DNA from: Torpedo marmorata
Taxonomy: Eukaryota
Assembly: GCA_977017645.1 (NCBI GenBank)
Contig: OZ360220.1
Coordinates: 282,410,001-282,474,000 of the forward strand
DNA length: 64,000 bases
Reading direction: 5' to 3'
Below are positions 1-11,895 of this stretch, in pieces. Below the pieces are notes generated by a model. It was not told the DNA's origin. It made no database searches and was given only the letters and a program-made list of their open reading frames with translations. Position numbers and translations under genes: made by a program. Each line of letters begins with the position of its first letter. Positions within the stretch are counted from its first letter, which is position 1.

Positions 1-1960
1 TCAATCATATTATGATCACTACTTCCTAAGGGTTCCATTACCTTTAATTCCCTAATCACCTCAGGTTCATTACACATCACCCAATCCAAAACCGCCGATC
101 CCCTGGTGGGCTTATTGATAAGCTGTTCCAAAAAGCCATTCCGTAGCCATTCTACAAACTCTCTTTCCTGAGATCCAGTACCTTCATTACTTTCCCAATC
201 CCCTTTCATGTTAAAATCCCCATAATTATTTTGACATTTTCCTTCTGACACGCTTTTTCTATTTCCAGCTGTGACTCGTGGTCCACTTCCCGGCTGCTGT
301 TTGGGTGCCTGTATATAACTGCTAATAGGGTCCTTTAACCCTTGCCATTTCTTAACTCAACCCATAAGGATTCTACCACTTCTAACCCTATGTCCCTTTT
401 TTCTAGTGATTTAATATCATTGCTTACCATCAGGGCCACGCCACCCCCTCTACCTACCTGCCTATCTTTCCTATTCACTGTGTACCCTTGGACATTCAGC
501 TCCCAATCACATCCATCATTAAGCCATGTCTCGGTGATGGCCACAATGTCATATCTTTTCATATGTATCTGCACAACAAGGTCATCTACTTTATTCCTAA
601 TGCTCTGTGCAGTACACTTAGACCAGTATCTGTTACCGATTTTGCTGTATTTCTATTGTACTGCAAATTACCCTGTCTTTTCACCTGCCTGTCCTTTTTG
701 TCATCTTTGCTGCACATTATTTTTGACTTTTTTCCATTTTCCTCTTTCTCGACCCTAACACCCTGTTAGGGTCTACCCTTCTACCCTAATCTCGGCACTC
801 ACATTTTGATTCCCACCCCCTGCCAGACTAGTTTAAGCCCTCCTCAACAGCTCTAGCAAACCTGTCCTCCAGGATATTGGTCCCCCTCCAGTTCAGGTGC
901 AGCCCGTCCTTTTTGTAGAGATCAGACCTTCCCCAGAAGAGATCCCAATGATCCAGAAATCTGAACCCCTGCCCCCTGCACCAACTCTTCAGCCACGCAT
1001 TCATCTGCCATAACTTCCTGTTCCTACCCTCTCTAGCACGTGGCACAGGCAGCAATCCTGAGATTACCACCCTTGAGGTCCTGCTTTTTAACTTCTTTCC
1101 TAACTCCCAAAATTCTCTCTTCAGGACCTCATCCCTACTCCTATCTATGTCATTGGTCCCCACGTGGACCACGACATCCGGCTGCTCACCCTCCCCCTCC
1201 AGAATGCTATGAACTCGATCAGAGACATCCTTGACCCTGGCACCTGGGAGGCAACATACCATCCTGGAGTCTCGATCTCGTTCACAGAACTCCCTATCCA
1301 CTTGTCTAACCAACGAGTACCCAATCACCATCGCTCTCCTCTTCTCCCCTCCTTCCCTTCTGAGCCGGGGGGCCAGCCTCTGTGCCGGAGACGTGACCAC
1401 CTCGACTTGTCCCTGGTAGGTCGTCCCCACCAACAGTATCCAAAATGGTATACCTATTGTTGATGGGAACGGCCACAGGGGTACTCTGCATTGTCTGTAT
1501 CTTCCCCTTCCCTCTCCTTACAGTCACCCAGCTACCTGCCTCCTGAATTTTAGGGGTGACTGCCTCCCTGAAACTCCTGTCTACAACTGCCTCTGCCTCC
1601 CTCAAGATCCGCAGTTCATCCAACTCCAGCTCCAGTTCCCTAACTCGGTTTGTAAGGAGCTGCAGCTGGATGCACCTTTTGCAGGTGTAGTCATCAGGGA
1701 CAAGTACACTGTCCCAGATTTCCCATATCCCGCAACCGGAGCAATCCACTGCCCTAGCTGACTCCATTATATAAATTTAATTAAAGGATTAAACGAACTA
1801 ACCTGGCCTTACCTCTCTGGTAGCAAGCAAGCTCTTTCTCAGACTCTGCTCGCCAAAGCCTCTTGAGCCAAAGCCTCAAAGCTCCATCCTTCCCTGTGCC
1901 ACTCACTCCAGTCTCCCATAACAACAACCCTGTAATTTCTGCACCGTTACAAAATCTGCC
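1..1960 (-). mobile_element. CR1-type LINE, 5' part: ORF1 (zinc finger + SGNH esterase, frameshifted, 1767-828) and start of ORF2 AP endonuclease; runs off the window
   Basis: ORF 1306-1767 has CSGC..CKRC plus a coiled coil. ORF 828-1433 has esterase motifs (CLPGA, VHVGTND, DGLHLN). ORF 335-574 has AITETWL..RKDR..GGGVAL, typical of APE. The 1960 boundary is approximate. Confidence 0.85.
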
Positions 1961-1964
1961 TACT

Positions 1965-3390
1965 TATCTGTTCCTCAGTATCCAGAGGAAGATTTGGGGG
2001 CCTATAGACTACTCCCAGTACAGTGATTGCTTCCTTCCTATTTCTGACTTCCACCCACACTGACTCGGTAAACACTCCCTCTACAGCTTCCTCCCTTTCT
2101 ACAGCCGTGATACAATCCCTAACTAGTAATGCTACTCCCCCACCCCCTTTTACCTTCCATCCTATCCCTTTTAAAACATCTGAACCCCGGTACCTGCGTC
2201 AGCCAATCCTGTCCTTCCATCAGCCAAGTCTCTGTAACGGCCACAACAACACAATTCCACATACTGATCCATGCTCTAAGTTTATTTCCTTTATTGCTAA
2301 TACTCCTTGCATTGAAATGGATACATTTCAAACTTTCCAACTGACCACATTTATGCTTCCTCCCCTGCCCGTCCTTCCTCACGAACCCTCAACACATTGC
2401 ATCATTCTTTCCACCTTCTGCCCTATTCTCTACACTCACACTTTGGTTTCCATCTCCCTGCCAAACTAGTTTAAACTCTCCCCAACAGCTCTAGCAAACC
2501 TGCCCGCCAAGATATTGCTCCCTCTCCAGTTCAGGTGCAGCCTGTCCTTTTTGTACAGGTCAGACCTTCCCCAGAAGAGATCCACAAATCTGAACCCCTG
2601 TCTCCTGCACCAACTATTCAGCCACACATTCATTTGCCACAACTTCCTATTCCTACCCTCACTGGCGCATGGCACAGGCAGCAATCCTGACATTACCACC
2701 CTTGAGGTCCTGCTTTTCAGCTTCCTTCGTAATTTCCTATATTCCCTCTTCAGGACCTCATCACTACTGTTGTCTATGTAACTGGTACCAATGTGGACCA
2801 CGACATCTGGCTGCTCACCCTCCTGCTTGAGAATACAGTGGACTCGATCTGAGACATCCCTGACCCTAGCACCTTGGAGGCAACGTACCATCTGGCGTTC
2901 TCGATCTTGATCACAGAACCTCCTATCTGTTCGCCTAATGATTGAATCCCCAATCACTATCGCTCTCCTCCTCTCCCCCTTCCCATCTTAGCTGATGAGC
3001 CAGACTCTGCGCCAGAAACCTGACAACTATGACTTGTCCCTGGTAGATTGTCCCGCCACTCCCCCCACCACCCAAAACGGTATACTTATTGTTGAGCGGA
3101 ACGGCCATAGGGGTGCTCTGCACTGATTGCATCTTCCCCTTCCCTCTCCTAACAGTCACCCAGCTACCTGCCTCTTGCCTGTGGGGAAGGGGGGGGGGGG
3201 GCGCAGGGGGAGGTGACTGTCTCCCTGAAGCTCCTCTCTATCACTGCATCTGCCTCCCGAATAATCCAGAGTTCATTCAGCTCCAGTTCCCTAACTGGAT
3301 GCATCTCCTGCAGGTATAGTCATCACGGACAATTGTGCTGTCCCAGATTTCCCACCTCCTGCATTTGGAGCATTCCACTGCCCTAGTTGC
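1965..3390 (-). mobile_element. Second, degraded CR1-type LINE 5' fragment (ORF1 esterase + APE start)
   Basis: ORF 2466-2957 (IGDSII, HIGT, DRLHLN) and ORF 2119-2382 (HFNARSI, VTETWL) are paralogous to the 1-1960 element. Boundaries approximate. Confidence 0.8.
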
Positions 3391-3629
3391 TGGTGGAGGA
3401 AACTGCAACACCCGAGGAAAACAGGGGGGGGGGGGTCACTGGGAGAACATGCATTCTCCTTACATACAGCGGCGGACTTGAACACAGGTTGAACAAAAGA
3501 GTTGGTTGTCGACTTCAGGAGGGCCCGGAGGGATCACTCTCCACTTTTTTTTTACTTACTTGCTTAATTTACAGCTTTGTTACTTGGCGATTGGGGTGTT
3601 GTAACAAATTTTGGGTTGTTGCTGGGAGC

Positions 3630-3736
3630 CCGGACAGCCTGAAAATTGGGGGTCGACTTATACGCCGGATATACAATAAAACCATTAAAATTAGGCTGAA
3701 AAAGGGGGGTCGACTTATACGCCGAAATATACGGTA
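3630..3736. mobile_element. End of a Tc1/mariner (pogo/Tc2-like) element: one TIR with subterminal repeat
   Basis: GGGGGTCGACTTATACGCCG occurs twice (~3648, ~3705) and the region ends AAATATACGG|TA. No partner TIR found in the window. Confidence 0.55.
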
Positions 3737-4564
3737 CGTGTATTAGCATGTCATAGTTTTTTTATTATCGTATTATGCTATTTATGTAAATTTGCTCATG
3801 GTCCTGGAGAAACGCTATCTCGTCTTTACTGTGTATATGGAATGAACGACAAATAAAGGTGACTTGACTTGGCTATGTAATAGCGTTACCCTACTCGATA
3901 CACTAAACGTGCTGCCTAGACCGATTACTGAGATAGTCCGGTTAGCTTTTCTGTTTAGCCATTTTCGTATCACTTCCTTTCGGCAACTAAAAATGTCACT
4001 CAGATTGTTTTTAAATCTATTTAATATCTGAAAGTATGTTAAATGTATTGGATTAGTAGTTGACATATTAACTAATTTGTAATTTGCTTTTATTTTGCAT
4101 TTTCTTCATGTTTTTCATATTGCTTCTGATTCCACAATGATAATGAATGGTTTTTTTCTTGCAATTTTTGGAGACCACATCCAATATAATGAGATCTGGC
4201 ATGTACTTGTTATGTATAATGTTCAGAGCATTTGCATCTTTTGAGTGTGTAGAATGGCATGTAATTTGAATGTTTAGCGGTTAAAAAAAAATAAATCTGA
4301 AAACAAGGTCATGAGGTAGGCAAAATTTTGTGCCATTGCCCTAAGTGCTCATCCGTTATATACTGGATAATCACTTTGGCTGCTTGGAATCTGAGCAAAT
4401 ATGTGACATCAAGAAAATTCAAATTGAACAAATTAAACATAACAATTTATAATCTTATGAATGTCAACATGGTGCATGAAGTGACTAGATTAGTATTTAA
4501 ATGTTCCATTCAAGTTTAAATAGTTTTTGTTGCAATATTATTCAAAAATATATTTTGTTTTTAG

Positions 4565-4608
4565 TTAACCAGGAAGAATTCATTGCTATTATGACTGGAG
4601 ACATCTAA
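4565..4608 (+). CDS. CETN3: Centrin-3, last coding exon (xNQEEFIAIMTGDI*)
   Basis: Pyrimidine-rich acceptor tattttgtttttAG ends at 4564. The translation NQEEFIAIMTGDI-stop matches the vertebrate centrin-3 C-terminus (end of EF-hand 4) as I recall it. Upstream exons lie outside the window. Confidence 0.9.
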
Positions 4609-4910
4609 TATTTTTATGGGTAAAAAGGACTGCGGAACTTTGGAGTTTTTCCTATCCACGTGTGGCCGAAGGGGAAAAAGTACATTCAGCATCTTCGATT
4701 TAAAAAAAAAAACACACATTTGTATTGAATTTTGATTCTGAAAGACAAATCTCTGAAATTGTTTTGTATATTTGTTAGCAGTTTGTATTTATAAATTATT
4801 TAGGTCAAAAAAAGCAACTTTTATGTCACTTCTTGGTCATAGCATAAACATGTTGCACTGGGTCCATTCCTATTAATATTTTGATACATTTTTCTGTTGT
4901 AAGTATTCTT

Positions 4911-4916
4911 AATAAA
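4911..4916 (+). terminator. Probable CETN3 polyadenylation signal AATAAA
   Basis: First AATAAA about 300 nt after the stop, followed by T-rich sequence. Confidence 0.55.
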
Positions 4917-6367
4917 ATTTATAATTCATGTGCCAAAGTTTTATTTCATTTTAAATTTTGTATTCTTAAAGTAAGGGAAGTTTGTTAAAATTATGCATTC
5001 TGTTGTGTGCCAAATATTGTCTTTGTCAAAACCTATGCCTGGCTTGCAAAATATTCTTTTAACTCTTATTCAATAATATGCCTAGTGGCAGGATTCAGGA
5101 ACACAGACTCTGAAGGGACTTTCTTTTGCTTCTATTCTCTTGGTAGGGGTGCTGGCCGAGTAAGTGCTTCTTCATGTGTCTACATGGGCATACAAAATAA
5201 AACAAATGTTGTACATTTGTGTATATGACAATAAATCCATCAATGATCACATATACCTTTTTTAATTTGGAGAGTAAAATAACCAAATTAATGCCCATTA
5301 AGAACCAAACTGAGAACTCTTGAATGGCAGTATTAGTCGAGATGTGCAAGGACATTTAACCCATCTTTCATCATGCAAGCAGATTTGGAACTGGAAAAAT
5401 TCAAGGCAAAAATTATATGTGATGGTACATGGATATCAGGATGCATAATACTTAATTAAAATGTTCTCTTACATCAGCCTAGCCCTTGAAGCTGACAGTA
5501 AGCTACTGCCTTGTGCCATTGGTTTGTAAAGTGAAAACAATTCTACAAAACAGTTTGGAAAATACCGGATCCTAACCTGGAGATACAGTAAAATCATGTA
5601 CAAAATCGAACAAGAGGGCGCCTTGGTATTTTTGTGCATTTGCTGTCCAAATTTTTCAAAGCAGAAATTATGGGCTTTGAACATTTAAACCTTGATGTGT
5701 TGCTGCTTTGCTTCCTATTAGTACAGTAATATACATAAGCCACCCAGCCATGGTTATGAATGTAAATGGCTGTAAGTTCAGTGCTGATATGTAATAAACT
5801 TTTGTATAGCTTTTAGACTGAATTATACAACTCACCCATTCATTTGCAGCCTGTGCATATGTTATTGGATTATTTTTAAATGATGTTGGTGAAATGATAG
5901 GATCTGCCTTTTTAAGATAGAAAACCCCCTTTAAAACTGATGAGGACAGTTTCATTTAAACTGAATCCATGACATAGATTTTCTGTAGAATGAGCAGAGA
6001 ATTTGCAAATGAATTCTAACACTTGCCAAAGAGAAAAGCAGCATGCTTGGCCGAATGATCACAATGCTATGTAGATGCTGAGGGGTTGCCTTGCTTGTAT
6101 TCAAAGGTAGCGTAACATCCTTGGCTTGTAGTGTTTCATTCTACTGAAGTCCTTGGGTTTCATTGTGTTTGATTATATAAATTTTCATCAGGTCCAGAGT
6201 CCATTTAAAACCTTTTGGGGCCACTCCTTTCCATTCCTATCACTATGCCACTGCCACATGGGGGAGGAAAACAGGTTCTGATGAAGTCTTGGATGTTGGT
6301 TGAAAAGCATGATTGTGTGAAGTTGCAAATCAGCATAACATCTATCCTAATTACTGGAAGGATTTTT

Positions 6368-6875
6368 AAAAAAAAAAATATTTTATTTAAATTTTTAAAT
6401 CACAAAATACATAAAATAATTTTGCATATATTTCAAAAATACATGTGATCTACATTTTCTCCCCCCCTTCCCACCCTCCCCTCCCCTCCCTAACCCCTAT
6501 ATCCCCACTACTCTAAAAATAAAATAAAATATAGTAAAAGAGAAAAAGAAAAAGGAAAGATAGAAAAATAGAATGAGGAGACAACAAACTTAAAACTAAT
6601 TTACCTTAGAGGGTATTTTCGCCAGTGGATCCGATATCTAGAGAATTTAAATTGTTAAACCCATAATCCTCATATATGGGCCCCAAATTTTCAAGAAAGA
6701 ATGATATTTATTTCGTAAGTTATGTAATTTTTTCTAATGGTATACATGAGCGTAACTCTGCATGCCATCGTTCTAAACTTAAATCCACATCTGACTTCCA
6801 AGTAATAGCTATACACTTTTTTGAAACTGCTAATACTATACGTAGAAATTCTACTTGGTACATATTTAATCTATT
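6368..6875 (-). mobile_element. L1-clade LINE, 5'-truncated 3' end
   Basis: 14-bp TSD CTGGAAGGATTTTT at 6354-6367 and 6876-6889. ORF2 C-terminus and 3' UTR are homologous to the other L1 copies here. Confidence 0.85.
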
Positions 6876-7049
6876 CTGGAAGGATTTTTTGACATCAAAT
6901 GATCCATCTGATCACATCAATGTTTAGCTATCCTGCACCAAATCATGAATGATGGTGGATGATGAAATAACTAATGAAAAGAGCAGTATTGGGGAAGAGC
7001 CTGGCATTTGAGTGCAAAAGAGAATGCTCGATAATTATAATTTCCAGCC

Positions 7050-7685
7050 CTCTTCACCGTCCACAGGAATCAATCCCAGGACTCCCTTGTCCATTCATCC
7101 CTCCTTGCACTCGCCTCTCTGTCATGTCTGGCATTTCCCCAATGCAATTGCAGGAGGGGCAAAATTTGCTCTTACACCTCCTCCCTTACCTCCAGCTAGG
7201 GACCTAAACAGCCCTTGCAGGTGATGCTGATTTACATTCACCTCCTCCATTTGGTGTTCCAGATGTGACTGCCTCCTCACCCAAAAGACAAAGGGCAGAA
7301 AGGGCAACCAATCTGCAGAGCACATGCCATTTCAATTTCCCAATCTATTCCCACATCAACCTCTCCATTCTTGGCCTCCACTGACAGGGTGAGGCCTTGT
7401 GCAAACTTGAGGACCAACACCTCATATTCTGCCTGTGAAGTCTGCATCCCAATGGTATGAACATTGAATTTTCCAATGTAGGTAACCCACACCCTCTATG
7501 TTCCCCACCTTTTCCAATCCACATTTGGTCTTTCCCACCCCCGTTCCATCCACCCACTTCTACCAACACATTTCACTCACTGAATCCCCAACCTTCTGGT
7601 TACCTTTCTCCTAATGGATCCCTTTATTACCTCATCAGACTCCCAATACCTTGTTTTTTCTGTCTGTCTCTCTATGCTGAATAAG
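7050..7685 (+). mobile_element. Degraded Penelope-like element 3' fragment
   Basis: Diverged similarity to the 23206-24210 copy (…GCAAACTTGAGGACCAACACCTCATATTCTG…ATGAACATTGAATTTTCC). Boundaries approximate. Confidence 0.65.
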
Positions 7686-9111
7686 CGTTGATACCTGGGG
7701 AGCTCTTGCCCATGGCCGATCAAAGTGGAGAATGGGCATTAGGATAGTACTGAGACTCGAGTCCCTTCAGTGGAGTGCACCACCTATACTTCCTATTCGC
7801 CTGTCTCATCAAGCATCTTTTTCCCCACCTATGGTAATGTCTACGGTCCAATGTTGGCCTCATCAGTCTACTGTAGACTACAGGGATACACAAATTCCTT
7901 TGAATTCCAGCATTGATCAGTTAAAAAAGTACCCTGCAGTTATGTTCTTCCTTTTAAATTGAATAACTTCATACTTATTATTACCCCAAGGAAATTAGCT
8001 GGATGAGCACGAAGGTCTCCTTTTAAATAAATTGCAAACATTCAAAATGTTCACCAGTTTTTATTTTTTATCCACCACTTGATGGCACTATTTCTCCTTA
8101 TCCAAACTTAGCTCTCAACGCTATTGAACTATTAAAAGATTTCTCTCTATTAGTATTTCTATTAATATTTGACAATGTATCAATTTATTATCTTAAAATA
8201 CTTCTATTGTTACATTGTCTCAGATCATCACAATTTAGTTGCTGAAATTCATAAGCACAAATCACAATTTAAAAGCTTTATAACTTACTCAAAATTAGAA
8301 TAATAACCAATCAGAGACTATTTAACATAATATCAAATCAACATAATTCGTCAACAAACTCTGCCAAATGAGCAAAAACGCTTCCAATCAAATTACCCCG
8401 GTTAGTTTTGGGGATGAGAATTGATGAATTTTTGACGCTGGTTGATTATGACTAATTTTGAACATACAATAATCCTGATACTGTATTTAGCAATCACCTG
8501 GAAATGTAACGTTTCCTCTGTGAGTGTGGACGGATGAGAGGGAAGCACACTGAAGGAGAAACATTGAACAAAGAAGCAATGCAGAAATTTACCATCAAAA
8601 TCTGTTGATCTACATGGATACTGATCAACCGCAGGTGACCTGCAGTTAAATGTTAAATGCTTTGTCCTAACCCTCATGCGTTAATAACGTGGACCATTGG
8701 GGATACTAAATTATTGCCAACAGGTGTCAGTATTGGGGGAAGGGCCTCACATTTGATAAACAGCACTTACATTTGAAAAGTTTCTGCAACTTGATACAAA
8801 TAGACAGGGCCAGTAGGAATAAAAATTGAAAGCTGCTGTGAACAATAAAGATATTGGCATTATTTTAATTCATTATCCTCTAAATGTGCACAGCTGAGAA
8901 GCTGGAGATTACTCATCTGTATTCATAAAACCAGGGACAGCAAAAGGAAACATACCATTGTACAAAATCTTTCTTTGGTTCCTTTTGGAATCTTGAGTCC
9001 ATTTCTTTTCTATTTTGGTGGCTTTATAAAATTCAGAGGAGGGTGACAAGAAGGATTCACAGCTTACACCCCCATTGTTATTCAAAAACTGAGGTTCTAT
9101 ATAGTTTAGAG

Positions 9112-9475
9112 CAGTGGTTTTCAAACTGACCCCCCCCCCCCAACTCACATTCCACCTTAAGCCAAAAATGCTCTGTGATTAGTAAGGGATTGCTTAAGGT
9201 GGTATGTGAGTGGAAAGAAAAAGTTTGAAAACCACTGTTTTAATCATACCTAATTGACTCGTTATGTGCTCGGTTTCGTAATTCCAAAGGAAATGGGCCA
9301 ATGACAATTTTTCTCAAGCAAAATATTTCAGTAACAATTGGGTCTAGAGCAGTGGTTCTCAACCTTCCCACTCACATACCACCTTAAACAATCCCTTACC
9401 AATCACAGAGCACTTATGGCATAGGGATTCCTTAGGGTGGAATGTGAGCTTAGGGGGGCAGTTTGAAAATCACTG
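9112..9475. mobile_element. Non-autonomous hAT (Charlie-like) MITE, composite
   Basis: 16-bp TIRs CAGTG(G/A)TTTTCAAACT and a perfect 8-bp TSD GTTTAGAG (9104-9111, 9476-9483). Confidence 0.85.
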
Positions 9476-9641
9476 GTTTAGAGGAAAGGGGATGGGAAAT
9501 TTTGCAGAATTCCTTAAAATAATGAAGAGGCAAGATTAAATGCATACTGAGAAATTATTTTCATTTAATAGTTTGCCAAAGACCAGTGTTCATGTGCACA
9601 GAAGCAAGGAACAGTATAAAAATTCTTTGGCTGTTCTTCAC

Positions 9642-10065
9642 TGTTAGGAAAAAGTTAATGTTCTGCTGTTAGAATGTGCTTTTAAAATGCTCTTTGAAAT
9701 AGCAGCTGCATGCCTGTGCAGACATATGAAACCAAAAACCAGACAGGGGGAGTGTTTTGCAATTAATGCTAGAATTGAAATAGGGTAGTGGCAAAAGCTT
9801 GCGATAGGGGCGAACGTATGGTACTGCAAACAAAGAAACAGTGATGGGGGATGAAATGCCTAAGAAGTACATGATGATAAGGGGTAGAACAGAATGTGAA
9901 CTCATGTAACCTGTGAGTAAAATAAATGTATAAAAGGCTGCTACACTGATGGAAAGGCACTCAACTGCTCTGACAGCAAGTTGAGTCCAAATCTGCAGAC
10001 TTGTAACTATTAAAAGTCAACCGCTGCTGCTTTTGCTGAGACTCCGTGTGAGTTCTTTTCTGACA
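9642..10065 (+). repeat. ERV 5' LTR (TATAAAA 9929-9935, ATTAAA 10009-10014)
   Basis: Starts TGTTAG and ends TGACA. Direct repeat of 17075-17498 at offset 7433, with no differences seen. Confidence 0.95.
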
Positions 10066-10068
10066 ACT

Positions 10069-10087
10069 TGGGGGACTCGTCCGGGAT
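10069..10087 (+). promoter_or_regulatory. Primer binding site, tRNA-Pro-like
   Basis: TGGGGGACTCGTCCGGGAT versus the MLV tRNA-Pro PBS TGGGGGCTCGTCCGGGAT (one extra A), 3 nt after the LTR. Confidence 0.85.
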
Positions 10088-10329
10088 CCCCACTCCGGTC
10101 GTGAGGGTCGAGAGAAGGGACATCGGAGAGGGTGCACCCCGCCGAGTTCGGCGGTCCCCGACTCCTTGCTCGTCGTACCCACGCGGCTTGAGCGAGTGAT
10201 ATCCGGACAGCGCAGAGCGGAAGACTGGGAAGAAGTAGAAGGACGGTCCAGGGCGGCACACCGGGTGAGTACGACGGTACTAGGATAAGGTGTGACCGGG
10301 TAAAAGGGGACCAAGCCGGGAAGGTAACG

Positions 10330-11895
10330 ATGGGAGGGGGAGGCTCAAAGAAAAGGGAGCCAAAGGAGAGTTCGGGTGTAATCCCGAAGGTTCCTCCAGA
10401 TAGTCCCCTCGGGAGAATGTTAGCAAATTGGGATTTGGGACGGACGAGAGGAAAGCAGAAAATGAAAATGATCGGGTTTAGTAGTTTATGGTCAAAGCAA
10501 CCGATAAAAGGGCAGTCAGTTTGGTGGCCACCATTCGGGTCAGATGAGGGATGGGTAAGGCAGGTTCTGAATGTGTATGTAAATTCTAAGCCTCATCCGC
10601 AGCCGGATGAAAGGGAATATGCCTCCTGTTGGGTCCCAGGGCCCGGGGATTCAACAAGAAGTTTTAAAATGCAAACGAAGAAGGACGAAGGAGAAGCCCC
10701 CTGGGAAGTATTAAACCATCTACCTCCTCCCTATACTCCTCCGCCGCTGAATAACCCACAGGCTGCCTCTGCCCCAGAGCCCGAACACTCCGAGGGGGAA
10801 GGCGAGGAGTCCAATGAAGGGCAAGAGGAGAATAGAAGGGGACCGAGAGAGCAAGAGAGGAGGACTCCAGCGGAGGGTCGTCCAGAACAGGTAGTGACAA
10901 GATCCGTGGCAAAACGTGAACAGAAGGGCAAGGAGGAGGTAAAGGTATGTCCGCTGAGAGAAGTACCCATGGGCGGTCCCGACGGAGGAACTGGGTATGT
11001 GAATGTGCCTCTAACAAGTACAGAGGTGCGAGCCTTCAAGAAGGAAACTAAAAATTTACTTGAAGACCCAATGGGCCTGGCGGAACAACTAGATCAGTTT
11101 CTGGGTCCAAACATTTATACATGGGATGAAATGTATGCCATAATGGGAACGTTATTCTCCGCCCAAGAAAGGCAGATGATCAGACAGGCGGCCATCGTGG
11201 TATGGGAAAGGGAGAGGCCGCAAGGGGCAGCAGTAAACGGAGAGCAGAAATTTCCCCTAGTGGATCCAAGATGGGATAAGCAGACCGAAGCAGGACGGAG
11301 GAACATGGGGGAACATCGGGAATATATGATAAAAGGAATAAGGCAGTCCGTTCCGAAGGGGCAGAATTTTGCTAAGGCATTCGGTAGTCATCAGAATCCG
11401 GACGAAAGTCCCACTGATTTTTTAGAAAGAATACAGAAAAACATGCAGCAATATGCAGGAGTGGATCCCGAAACTGGAGTGGGACAGCAATTAATACGGG
11501 TGGAATTCGTCTCTAAAGCATGGCCAGACATAAGAAAGAAACTGGAAAAATTAGAAGACTGGAACTCTAAGCCACTCAGTGAGTTGTTGAGGGAAGCCCA
11601 GAAGGTGTTTGTAAGGAGAGATGAGGAGAAGCAAAAGAAGACAGCTAAAATAATGGTCCAGACGGTACGGCAGGTTACAGCTGATAGCCGAGACCGACCC
11701 ACCCCTTGGTCTGACCGAGGTCGACCTCCGAAAAATAGGGGATGGTCTGACCGAAATCGATCACAGGAGCAAGGAAGAAGTGATCGCCGTATCTCCCGCT
11801 GTTTCCATTGTAATGAGGAGGGACATTTTAAGAGGGAATGTCCCAGGTACCGGCGGGAAGTGAGATCTTATGCGATGATGGAAGACGAAGAATAG
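10330..11895 (+). CDS. gag: Retroviral Gag, 521 aa, intact
   Basis: MGGGGS myristoylation motif, PPDSPLG matrix motif, PPPY late domain, MHR-like QNPDESPTDFLERI, one CCHC knuckle (CFHCNEEGHFKREC), UAG stop. Confidence 0.95.
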   Translation: MGGGGSKKREPKESSGVIPKVPPDSPLGRMLANWDLGRTRGKQKMKMIGFSSLWSKQPIKGQSVWWPPFGSDEGWVRQVLNVYVNSKPHPQPDEREYASCWVPGPGDSTRSFKMQTKKDEGEAPWEVLNHLPPPYTPPPLNNPQAASAPEPEHSEGEGEESNEGQEENRRGPREQERRTPAEGRPEQVVTRSVAKREQKGKEEVKVCPLREVPMGGPDGGTGYVNVPLTSTEVRAFKKETKNLLEDPMGLAEQLDQFLGPNIYTWDEMYAIMGTLFSAQERQMIRQAAIVVWERERPQGAAVNGEQKFPLVDPRWDKQTEAGRRNMGEHREYMIKGIRQSVPKGQNFAKAFGSHQNPDESPTDFLERIQKNMQQYAGVDPETGVGQQLIRVEFVSKAWPDIRKKLEKLEDWNSKPLSELLREAQKVFVRRDEEKQKKTAKIMVQTVRQVTADSRDRPTPWSDRGRPPKNRGWSDRNRSQEQGRSDRRISRCFHCNEEGHFKRECPRYRREVRSYAMMEDEE

